This document shows, one piece after another, positions 34,277-45,833 of a DNA stretch of 64,000 nucleotides (within the stretch, counting starts at the first letter, position 1; each line of letters opens with the position of its first letter). Source of the stretch: Fimbriosthenelais zetlandica. Lineage: Eukaryota. The notes beneath the pieces were generated by a model. That model searched no databases, was not told the origin of the DNA, and was given only the letters and a program-made list of their open reading frames with translations. The stretch is from the NCBI GenBank assembly GCA_977030845.1, contig OZ365110.1:20088001-20152000 (forward strand), written 5' to 3'. Both the position numbers and the translations under genes were made by a program.

Positions 34277-37200
34277 ATGAAGAGAAACTGGACGACAGAA
34301 AGTCTTATAGACTGGGATGCTGCGGCCGTGAGTGGGTAAGTTAAACGTCCCTGTGAGGACATGGACTTGTGAATGGGTTGTACTGCGTGGACTCTCTTGC
34401 GTGGATTGGTCTTGCTTCTGACGTGACTTTTTCTACCCACTTAAAAAAGTTACCAAACTGCAAAAAGTAGCCTATACTTTTCCCAGCTCCAGAGCATAGA
34501 CATCTCTGCATTTGTATAACAATAATAGCTTGTACCCGTTTTAAAAGTTACCAAACTGCAAAAAGTAGCCTATACTTTCCCCAGCCATAGACATCTCTGC
34601 ATATGTATAACAATAATAGCCAGTTTCTTGTTTTAAATTCATTTAAACAATCCGTTTAATAATTATTGTCCCAGGTCCAAGGAAGCTTACGTGAATAACA
34701 TAAGTTTCTAATCCGAAGAATCGGGCCCCTTTTGCGCACATTTGTTTCAACCATTGTAGCAACCGTGATAAATTTTGATTGCATAATTATGTTTTCTACA
34801 ATATGTCGAATATAATGTACCTAATTTTATTTTTCTCCTTCCACATTTCTCCCTTTCCCATAGCCTACATTGCATTGGTTCTATCCTCCAATCCAATAAT
34901 GTGAACTCATACTTCGATTTCTTCTAATTAGCCTACGTGTACTTTATTTATAAATGGAATGTGACACGGAAAAAAGGCTGTATTGTGAATTATATAATTT
35001 AATGCATCCCTACTAATTCCTCTGTCGTAGTGGAGGGCTTTTGAAAAATAGCCAATGGATCTGAAGGAAATCCACATTGCCCAGTTGGTAACCTTTTGCC
35101 AGGGGTCATCTTTTGTGAGTGACCAGCGGCGTGGACTTGGCGGGATAGAGGGGAACAATTGTGGGTTTGCCGGACAACAATCAGCAGTCGGACCAACGAA
35201 GAAGGGGTAACTTGTATAAGGGGTTTGGGTTCTGCGGTATTAGATTTGGTCAGTGTGTGTGTGGGAGGTGAGGGGAGGTGGACTAGTGGGTGAGATGGCT
35301 GGGTGCTTGGGAGGGAGGGTTGGTATAGAGAGGACCAGCCCACACCTGTGGAAGGTCTCTGTTTCACCCGACAAGGTCTCTGTGTGGACACGCTTGGACT
35401 TGACTTGTGAGAGGGACAGTGTGGCCATCTTAATTAGTACCATGAGCCTTGAGCAATATTGCTTCTATAGTAAAAAGATGTATTCACTACTATACGCTCA
35501 AATACTATGGGGTTGCATGTGTAAAAATATATTTATTTCAAAGAATTGGCCGTGGTATTTTAAATAATATAGGCCTACCTTTTATTACAAGGCATTCATG
35601 TATCGATCCTTTCTAGACATTACGTATACACAGCAAGATGGGTCTCCTTAATTGTCTCATATTCAGAACATTTACTTTTGAATTCGCCTTGGAAATTTCA
35701 AGTTACTAGTAGGCCTATCTTCACAAGATAAATATCATTTTGTATAATGGACCATGAAAATAAAGAGGCAATTAAGACATGTTTTCAAACGCCTCAAGGG
35801 GTCGTGATCCCGTTAGACGTGTCACACTGAGGACATACTCTAGAGATGATCCACTACAACCCCCATTCTCACAATTAAAGCGAGCTCTAGCTTATTGGCG
35901 ATGTACAAGATGGCCTATTGGAAACGGCTATACCCTTAAATGGCCTTAAGACATAAACATGGGGAAGGGCTATTTAAGGCCACGGGCCGAGACGAACCTG
36001 GGAAATAACATTATTGTACAGGCAATAAAAGATTACCCAGCTATAGGGCTTCAACGTAACTTTGAATATATTTTCAATTAATTTCAATTAACTAATAAGG
36101 ACGCTCATGCATTCATGTAGTTGAAATGTTTAGAGTATTTAAAAAAAGTCATTAATTTGTTAAATTAATTATTTGTTAAATTAATTATTAGCATTTTCCA
36201 TTTCAGGACATATTTGTCTTCACTCTCGGACTCCTTAACTCCATACATATTCGTAACATGGATCTTTCGACTAATACTCCTGATTATCTCCCAGAGATTG
36301 TGGTTCAAGATGAACAGATTCGCTGGTGATGTTAATTGTAAATATCCCCTACCCCCGGGCACCATGGGGCTCCCATTCATAGGCGAAACCCTCAGCTTAA
36401 TTATCTGGGTAAGGCTCCTCAGTTTCTAACCTCATAAATTTCATTCTTATTAAACTGCCGGTACATAGATAGGCCTATAAAAAATCTGATGTATTTTATA
36501 TAAACTTTCCATTTCTTATAGAGATCCGAATTCTTCACCTCCAAAAGAAAAAGACTTGGGAACATTTTCAAAACCCATCTTTTGGGAAGGCCTACCGTTC
36601 GAGTCATAGGTTCACAAAATGTGAGGAAGATTCTAATGGGAGAACATAATCTAGTCTCCACCCAATGGCCTACCAGTACTCAGATGATCTTTGGGGATGG
36701 AGCCTTGGCTTTGACCTCAGGAGTCGTTCATAAGGAGAGGAGGAAGTCCATTATGCAGGCTTTTAACCAGGGGGCGCTAGAGAGCTATGTTCCTCACATT
36801 CAGAGGGCTGTTAGGGTAGGTGCTAACTCCTGTACGAGTTACTGTACTTATGGTTTTATATTTCCACTATTAAACGTAGAATGGGAGACTTATATTGCCT
36901 GGGACAGACTGCAAACGTCTCCAGTTCCGCGTGTTTTTCTTGTCATGCCACTTCAGAAAAAACCTCCAGCAATCGAGCACGCTCTTATTAGATTTTCTAA
37001 TCAAGTGGCAGAGGGTATGCGTTTATTTGATTTGTATATACGTACGGTGATCAAAGAGGCATGTGCGTCTCGAAAGTCACCTGTACCATGAGCGCAATCA
37101 CAAATATGCTCTGATCTGTTCAAGCCATTAGAATAATCTGTCAGACTGAATGCAAAAAATAGCCCCACGACTTTCTTGTATACCTGAATATACGACTAAT

Positions 37201-38886
37201 TCGTAAAATACATTATAGATATTTGAATATATTAATTATCTTTAAAAAATGTGTTAACTTGCACAATTTTCATCGTTGTCATAAAGCCAATGAATATTAG
37301 GCCTACACTCTCTTTTTTTACTCAAGGTAATTTTTCTTATATTTTAGGACTGTCTATCTCGATGGTGCAAATCAGAAGAGGTCTTGGCGTATCCTGAGTG
37401 TAAGCTTCTCACATTTAAGTTAGCCGCAACGGTACTAGTCGGCTTTGATATTCCTCATGAGGATTGTCTTGACCTGCTAGCTGCTTTCGAAGAAATGTCC
37501 AGTAATGTGTTTTCCCTACCCGTCCGAATTCCAGGATCGGGACTTTATAAGGTAAAAGATATATAGCCTACTACTATGTGTTTATATAATGAAAACAGGA
37601 ATAATTTTTATCCCAACATTATGATCCAAAGACAAATGCTTTACTACAGAATCTAGTGAAATTTCATTTTACAAAAATACGGTTTACGAAAGTAAGTAAG
37701 ATAGGCCGATATACAAGATGTTGGATGAGTGTACTCAGTTTTACATGGCAGAAGTTACATCTTACAATCTTTCTCGTAAGGTGTAACATTATTTCTCTGA
37801 TATTTGATATAGGTGTAGACATACATGTACCTAATCAGTAGATTTTTTATGTCTGTAGGCTATGAGGGCTCGTGAAAAAATCATCTCTAAACTAGGCCAA
37901 TACCTGGATATGGCCCTGAGGGATAACAAAGCCCTGGGTTTGGAAAAACCATTTATAAGTGCTCTAGAGTTACTTGCCCAGGCTGACACAAAAAGTGGAT
38001 TCCCGTCAGGTAAATGTGAAGTGCTCGAGGCAGCTTTGGAGCTCCTCTTCGCTGGACATGAAACCAGTTCATCAGCCGCCTGCTCGACCATGCTGCACCT
38101 GGCTAATAAGGTAAGATGTTGTACCAAATAGACCTTGATATAAGACAGAAAGGAGGACAAAAATGAAAGAATTGAGATTACTAAGTCTTTCTTCCTATAG
38201 CTCGAATCGAAATCTCTTATTAATCTTCATCAATGTTACTTTGCAGCCATCCATTATTGAAAAGGTTTGCAATGAGTTGTTTGAGCATGGCCTTCTCAGA
38301 GAAAATGACGGGTGTGATCTGACTTTTGATTCTCTCAACAAACTGACTTATACCAACCTAGTAGTCCGGGAAGTGCTCCGACTTTGTCCACCAGTAGGTG
38401 GAAGCTTCAGAAAGGCTTTAAGAACATTTGAGATAGGGGTGAGCTACAATTTTGAATTTAATCATTATCTTTATTATTTAACCCACATTCATTTAACCCA
38501 CAATTCTCAACGAAATCCACCTTTTTCAGGGGTATCAAATACCTAAAGGCTGGACAGTTGTCTACAGTGTACGGGACACCCATCAAACATCCACAGCATT
38601 TGATGACGTCGAAGAGTTCAATCCTGACCGCTGGCTCGGACCGCCCAATGAGATGGCCAAGAATGACTTCCTGCCTTTTGGAAGTGGAAGTCGCTCTTGT
38701 GTAGGAAAAGAGTTCGCTAAACTTCTTCTAAAGATAATTACTGTGGAGCTGGTAAGAAATTGTTCCTGGAAGTTAGTGAAGGGGAGGACAAGCATAGATA
38801 TGTTACCGGTACCACACCCAAAGGACAATATGCCAATCAGAATTACTGAGGTCTCTGCAAATCGCAGGCGAGCCTATACAGTGTGA
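34277..38886 (+). CDS. CYP26: Cytochrome P450 family 26 (retinoic-acid hydroxylase), about 519 aa; exons 34277-34335, 36207-36408, 36522-36815, 37348-37551, 37859-38110, 38247-38438, 38530-38886
   Basis: N-terminal membrane anchor, PLPPGTMGLPFIGETL, KTHLLGRPTVRVIGSQNVRKILMGEH (CYP26-typical), I-helix ELLFAGHETSSSA, EVLR, FNPDRW and heme motif FGSGSRSCVG. All introns are GT-AG. Exon 1 is inferred from the phase-2 match AGT GG|GTAAGT to cag|G ACA. AATAAA at 38928. Confidence 0.95.
34445..34620. repeat. Two-copy tandem duplication, ~98-bp period, in CYP26 intron 1
   Basis: aaaagttaccaaactgcaaaaagtagcctatacttt...catagacatctctgcat.tgtataacaataatagc starts at 34445 and 34543. Confidence 0.9.
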
Positions 38887-39992
38887 TAAAGCATTTATAT
38901 TGAAGGTTAATATATGGAAAGATTCTAAATAAAAGTATATCAGTTCAATAATGGTTGGCTCCATCACAACTAATATCACTATTGTAAAAGTAAATACAAT
39001 ATCAATTGACCTAGCAACAACCACAATCATTGTTGCCTAAAACTCAAATGCGAGCTAATTATACATTTTTACTTTAATCTATCTCAGGGATAATTTATAG
39101 TGGCCTTATAATTATTAAGCGATAGGATGCAGAAATTGTGTATGTGTACATTTGCTGTAGCTGTATTTAAGCTTATGTAGTATTTGACTGAATGATAAGC
39201 ATAGATCTAGAAAATTGTAACAGTTATTAAACCAACATATATATTTATGTTGGTTCTATGAGTGAACAGGGTATTTATATTGCTATACAATTTTGAATTG
39301 TTTCATTATATTATTATTTTATGTATCACTATGGTTAAAAAAAACCTCGAGATAAAGTACATGTAAATAAAAAATAAGTTTCCAGAGAAAACAAGTCTTA
39401 ATAATGGGTTTTCTTTTTTTTGACATAAATGTAGAAGCCTTGTCATCTTTGTTAGATGCCTAGATGAATGGTTGTCCGACTTCCTGATTACTGGCTTCTT
39501 TAGATATCTTTAGATGGAAGCCGCGTGTCCCGACGAGGGGAGCCCTTGTCACAGCCCTTTCACTGTCTGACAATGAGACTTCAATAATGGCAATAATATC
39601 CAGGACAATGCAAAATTATACGATCATACCAAAACTGCTGAAGCAATTTGGTCTTACTACGCAGGATAGGATAGTGGCAACCTTTGAGTATAGGCCCTGC
39701 TCCTTTGCCACATTTAGGCTATAATAGCTCGAATATCTATTTCACAGGGAGACGCAGGCCTCTGTATTATGAATGGAACCGTAAAAATGAATAACATATT
39801 ATATACTAACTTTCCAATATATTATGTAAATGAGAAACGGTTTAAATACAGGAATTCATCACAGTATAGGCCCTATTGCTGACTCCTAAGATTTCAGTGC
39901 ATGTTTTCTACACCGAGAACTCACAATCCTGTACCTTGTTTTCAAGCAAGCCAAGTACAGGAATTCATAAACTCACTCCTGTCATGGGTGAC

Positions 39993-40579
39993 TGACTTAC
40001 CCCTGAACTTTTCCCCTGACCTACCTGTATTAATAGGTTTGACCTTTGACCTAAAGATGTGTATAAATGATCATTGGCGGACGCCTTCTAAATGGAGAAG
40101 CTGTCGGTTTATACCTCTACCTAATATATCCGTTCGATGGGTCATTAAAAGGTCATAAACCTGGAAATAAGAAAGACTGGGAGAAGGGGCATTACTGACC
40201 CGACCTATTTTAATCTTCATAGATTTCTTAACAAAAGAAGAACCCATCAGGACGCATTGATACTTTCCCACACACTTAATAAATTAAAGGCGAAGAGATT
40301 TTGTTCAAGGATGTAGAAGTCCAAAAGGATTCTTATTTTACAAATCATTTCTTCATGGATTATAACCTACATCATTGTGGAGGGATGATTTATTCATCAA
40401 CGTAAAGTCTGCATTGAACCTCCTATACCGAGACCTAACAATTATTTTTTTTAAATCAAGATGAAATGGACATGGGGTATTAGTGGAATATTTTCTCCCA
40501 GATTGCATGTTTAGTTCAAGTAAGAAACACCAGGGGAGAATGAATATGCCCTACTCAGTTAGAGGTCAGTCGCAGGTCA
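39993..40579. promoter_or_regulatory. Cluster of nuclear-receptor direct repeats (RARE-like)
   Basis: DR5 GGGTCA ttaaa AGGTCA 40139-40155; DR5 AGGTCA gtcgc AGGTCA 40563-40579; DR1 TGACCT t TGACCT 40040-40052; DR5-like TGACTT acccc TGAACT 39993-40009, overlapping a DR7 at 40004-40022. Confidence 0.7.
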
Positions 40580-40643
40580 TTTTTATTATTGGTCATCTCC
40601 GGGTCGCTGACCAGTGAAGCTGAAAGCTGTAGCTGTTGTCGTC

Positions 40644-42304
40644 ATGACATGGAAGTCAACCTTGATTTACTTGGGTAAGATATATCTACTATTATATAGA
40701 TTCTAGGGGTTCTTGTGACTTGTTTATCAAATGGGCTTCTGCCATGAAACTATGAGTCGTTATAAAATAGACAAGCATGCTGTATATATGGTATAGTTCA
40801 CTTATATGTAGTGCATAACGATTACTGAGTATAGCAAGCAGGTAGGTCGATTGCTATTATTAGAACAGCAACACTTGAATATTTTGGGTTATTTAGTATA
40901 AACAACAGACGATGTCTGGATTAGCCTACATTTCGGCCTCATTTATGTTCTCATTTAATTCCCTGTCTCTTCCCGCTCGTGTATTGCACGTTTACGCTTT
41001 TTTGATAATTGTTCCTGACAAATGTTCGGAAAATTTTAAATATAGTACAAGAATTAATGTTGGTTAAAAAGATAAAATACAATTCTACACGTCAAAGCGT
41101 AATTAAGTGTAATTATCATAATATTAGAATCATTAGAATTATACTGTCCCTTGGGCTATTTTGTTCATGCTTTAATCTGAAATCAAACCTGATGATTAAT
41201 TAACATTTTCTGCTATCTTGTTAATCAGTTCTTGCCATGGTCATACTACTCATCCAAGACTGGAGTATCCAGGTCGTTCGTCTTGTCATCTACTTACTGC
41301 TGGCTGTCAATCTTCTCATTGGCCTCACCATTGCTGTATCGTGGGTCTCTACCTCTGCTAGTCTTGTTCTCACTGAAGCCATCTCCAGCGCCATTTGTAG
41401 TCCTCTCACAGTGATGATGGACATCAAAATAGAAGTCCTTCACCTGAGACCACACCAGGAACGCAATTCAGACTTTCCTAACCACAGACAGCCCCCGCCA
41501 TGGCTAAAACAAGCCGTGCTTCTCACTCTCTTAAGCAGTAATAATCTGACTGATGGAAAAGCAGCCATTTCGTACCTCCTTTGTTGGACATTCTGCAAAA
41601 CATTGAAGCTTGTTTGCCCATCTTCTGAATTCAGACCAGGCTATTTAAGATTGTTTAGATCAATAGAATTGAGAAGGAAACCACCTGAATGTTCAAATTA
41701 TGAAATTCTTGGTGTATTAGTGCTGGTAGCTGGGGTACTATGCATTGGTTCGTGGGCCATACCTCTGGAAAGAGTCATCATATCACTGATCTATTGCTTA
41801 CTAACTAATAGGTTCTTTATGGATAAGGTGAGGCATTGCGAATATAATAGTTATCTCTGTGACGATATAAATGGCTTAGAGCCACTATTTGTGAATGGTA
41901 TTTACATGAGTTTTGAGCTTTTCTTGTCGAGCATTATAACTATTTTCAGTTACTTTTACTTGAATACAACAATTTTAATATTTCCAGCTTTGATTCTGAA
42001 TATAGGTTTGCCATTAAACCATTTCTTAAAAGAAGTGGTGGAACCGTTTAAAAAAGAAAGGAATAAGAGGAATATATATCGTAAAGCAGATAGACGAGAG
42101 TTGTCCCTGTATAATGATGTCTGTGCTATATGTCTTTCCCCCATGCGCCAGGGTCGAGTAACTCCCTGTAAGCATATTTTCCATGGGCATTGTCTCAGGA
42201 GGAGTTTGAGGGGCAAGGGGGCTTGTCCTATGTGTAATCAGAAGCTGAAATGTGATGAAACGCCCAAATTTCCTCTTTTCACACAGAATTTCGATTTCAG
42301 TTAA
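40644..42304 (+). CDS. Multi-pass membrane RING-H2 E3 ligase, RNF145/RNF139(TRC8)-like, about 368 aa; exons 40644-40674, 41229-42304
   Basis: Exon 1 MTWKSTLIYL G|GTAAGA (phase 1) joins cag|TT CTT GCC ATG. Several hydrophobic segments are followed by the C3H2C3 RING CAICLSPMRQGRVTPCKHIFHGHCLRRSLRGKGACPMC. Confidence 0.85.
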
Positions 42305-44734
42305 ATGTGATAATTACATGAAGAGTAAGCCAATACTGTTAAACTTGTATTATTTCTGAATTTTGTACAAATTGTATCATTATTACCCTTTCATTATCTA
42401 ATGTAAGTCAATGAAATTACCTAATCTTGGAGGGTAGATTCGTCGGAAAAAGTTTTGCTTTACTCCAATGTTCAGATTAACGAGTTCAACTGTGCATTGT
42501 TTATCTATTTTCTACGACTATGGTTTATTTAGGGCTATTAGGAAAAGTTCAATACATGTATTTTTACAGGTCTGTTAGAAAATACTAGGCTACCCGCACA
42601 ACAATGTAAAACAAAGTCGGGAAATTCCTTTTGACATTTTTATTTTGTGAAATTGAATTTCTCATATGATATTCAAAATCGTAGAAATACAATGATTATT
42701 ACATTTTCTTGAATAGTGATGATCAATATGATACAGAGGAATGTATAATAACACCAATGGCTTAGCTCAAATAATATTATGGATTGGAGCTAATATTCTT
42801 CCGTTCATTTTAATCACTATTTTATCCATCAAAGAAAACCCAATACAACGTATAGGGAGGTGTCTATTGTCAAACTCATTGTAGGCCTAGGCCATCAGAT
42901 TAAATCACATTTTAAATATTCTATGTCCCACTTCTTGCTGCAAAGACTAGTCTTTTTCATTGCATTTGCTGACTGTGGCGGACGACTAATCCAAGGGCGG
43001 AAAATACTTAGGTGGAAAAGTACCGATCCGAACCCTTGATACGAGATGTAACCTACTTTGATTAAAATAATGACTTTGACAATAATACCTACCTAAAATT
43101 GAAATATAACCTGTAAAAAGACAGGCAAATTAAAAAAAAAGAACATTCGTAAGATTTATACCTACAAATCTTAAGGATTCACACCCTTATAAACTTATAA
43201 AGCTTATAATATCGCGGAAGCGATGACAATATTTTAAACCCGATGACAAAACACTTTGAATTCATTCCTTAGACAATGTCTTAACCCTTTTCACAATTAG
43301 GGGGTTTCTATGAATGACTAAACCCTATATCAGTAAAAAAAAACAATCTCCATTATAGTACGTTGATGGACCAAGTGAGATCATTGGAATATCAGTAATA
43401 TTCTGCTGCGATTAATGGCAGGGACTGCTTTACAGTGACTCGCCAAACGACTGTAATTGTCCTTATCATACATGGATACATTAGAATATATTTTACATCA
43501 GTCAATTGCAAACTCACCTTTCAAATCCCCCATACACTCCAGTCATGAGAGCATCCGCCTCGATCTATGACACTTTCAGTATTTTTTCAAAGAATCGTTA
43601 GACATTTTACACAGTCTTTTTCAAAGAATTTTTGAAAGAGTACATTATATTCAAGGAGAGCCTTCCAATGTAGTATAGTGGAATTACCGGGGACACTAAA
43701 TATTATTAGGATTCTAAAAGGGCATAAAAAAAAGTAGGGAGGCTATACAATAAGACACTATATAGACGTTATCCAGCCCTGCTGTGAATCCTCAGCTTCC
43801 CGTACCAATACAAAGAGTATAGAATTCATTTACCACACGCCTACATTTCTCACGTCATCTTAACTCTTACATATAAATCAACAGGTATGATTTTTGACCT
43901 GGAATCGCAACACAATACATTTTACATTAAATCTGATTTTACATCACATGGAAAGAGGTGGGTTACAGGGAGGATTCCTCTTGAACAGCAATCAATTTGT
44001 TTTTCAATCTAGGCCTAAGAAATCGCCTGAGACGAAAATAATATAATCCATATACCACTTAAATTAACTGAAACAGTCATAATTATATAAATAATTGAGA
44101 AAATTTGAGTTTCAAATGTAGGAACCCTTCGAGCCAGCCGTACGGCACTTGTGTGTATATTATTGGCTGGGTTATGAATCGTCCATCACAAATTATATCA
44201 TGTTTAAAGCACATGTGAGAAAGGCACTCTGTTCTAAATAACCGGAAAACTACACCGAAATACACAACATTCAAAATAGCCATGTCATTGACAAGGCAAA
44301 ATTACATGTAAATGACTTGTATAAACGTACGCTTGACGAAAGATGGATTTATACTGGCAAAATTACGAGTGGACCAACATTGTGGCACTTTAACCTGAAC
44401 CAAGGAATGAATAACTTTTATATATAATTACTAACTACTAATTTTCTATATTAGGAATATTCCAACCAAGGTCGACTCTTCACAGGTTTTTGACTTTCGC
44501 TCTTTCTGTGTTATTATGGCTAATCAGATTCATGTGTCAAATTAACTATGTACATATTATTTATGTAATTATGTCTTTATTTGAATTTGACATTATTGTA
44601 TATATCTCGAGAGATCAAATGACGGCAAAACAAAACTAACTAAGGCTTGTAGACTCGCCTCAAATTTTATATTTCTGCGATTATTTATCTTTACAACAAT
44701 TCTATGATGAAACCAATTATCATCAGCAAATATC

Positions 44735-45010
44735 AAAACATCAAAACCTCCTGAATCCTTTCGCCTTAAATTAAATTAACCAACTAATAACACTCACACC
44801 GTTTTCCATATTACTAACTTACACCTTGTACAACCAAACCTATAGCCTACTACCAAAATCAAAACATAATAAAACATCAAAAACCTCCTAGATCCTTTCG
44901 CCTTAAATGAAATCTTGCACAAATGAAACAACTAATAACACTCACACCGTTTCCTATATTACTAGCTAAATATTGTTATACAACCATACCTATAGCTTAC
45001 TACCCAAATC
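44735..45010. repeat. Two-copy tandem duplication, ~136-bp period
   Basis: aaaacatcaaaacctcct..atcctttcgccttaaat...caactaataacactcacaccgttt...acctatagc.tactacc.aaatc starts at 44735 and 44871. Confidence 0.9.
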
Positions 45011-45280
45011 ATTTAATTACATAATTATATGTGCGGAAATAAAGGACTCTTGTTCAACATAAAGTCAAATTTCTTTGTCGCTGAGCCTGCAGCAATGTAT
45101 GGCAACAATGAACTGTGTTCAACAGAGGTTACGATGGTAATACTATTGACATGTAACTATATGTATTTCAATTTTAATGGAAGAACTTCTGTTTTTTTAG
45201 AATATGTTAATTTTATATATTTTTTGAAGAATATATTCTTATTGAATTGACGAATTCTCAGACAGGAAAGTTACTGCAAT

Positions 45281-45452
45281 CAGGACCGTATCCTGGGAGG
45301 GGGAGCGGGTGTTACGGGTGTGTAATCCCCTTGGGTCAACCCGTAACCCTCGACAAACCGTAATCCCTAATCATAAACTTCGGCGGTCGCAGACTTTGTA
45401 CCCCCCCCCCCCCACCAACCCACTCCCCCGGGCGACATGACAGGATACCCTG
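45281..45452. mobile_element. Possible short MITE-like insertion
   Basis: GC-rich island in AT-rich DNA bounded by imperfect inverted ends caggaccgtatcctg and caggataccctg; no target-site duplication seen. Confidence 0.3.
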
Positions 45453-45833
45453 CATCAATAGGGCCTACTCACTAAAGAAAACATAGATCTCCCATATCTT
45501 TATGAAACACTTCCATGTTTCCAAGACATGGTCACATGTGAGCAAATTACCTCCTCTTACTTCCTGTATTCAACGGCTGACAGACACTTGTACAGTCTTA
45601 ATAATACCGGAAACCACCAGTCCTCGATGGCCATGTATAGCTTGAAACCGCTCAGTCAGTCAGTCAGCCTTGGTTCGGGGGATCCATATTGTGCTCACTT
45701 TGGACTTCTGCTGCTTTGAGCATCCCTTCACAGGAAGATGGACGTCTCCTTTCTGACTGAAGCAGACATCTGTTTTCCTTTACCCATGACTAAGGTCTCT
45801 ATGATTTATCCAAAGGTGTTTTCGAATGATGCT

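Noticed and set aside
43513-43565. Isolated minus-strand exon IEADALMTGVYGGFE with donor AAG|GTGAGT
   Set aside because: The acceptor is weak and no compatible partner exons were found.
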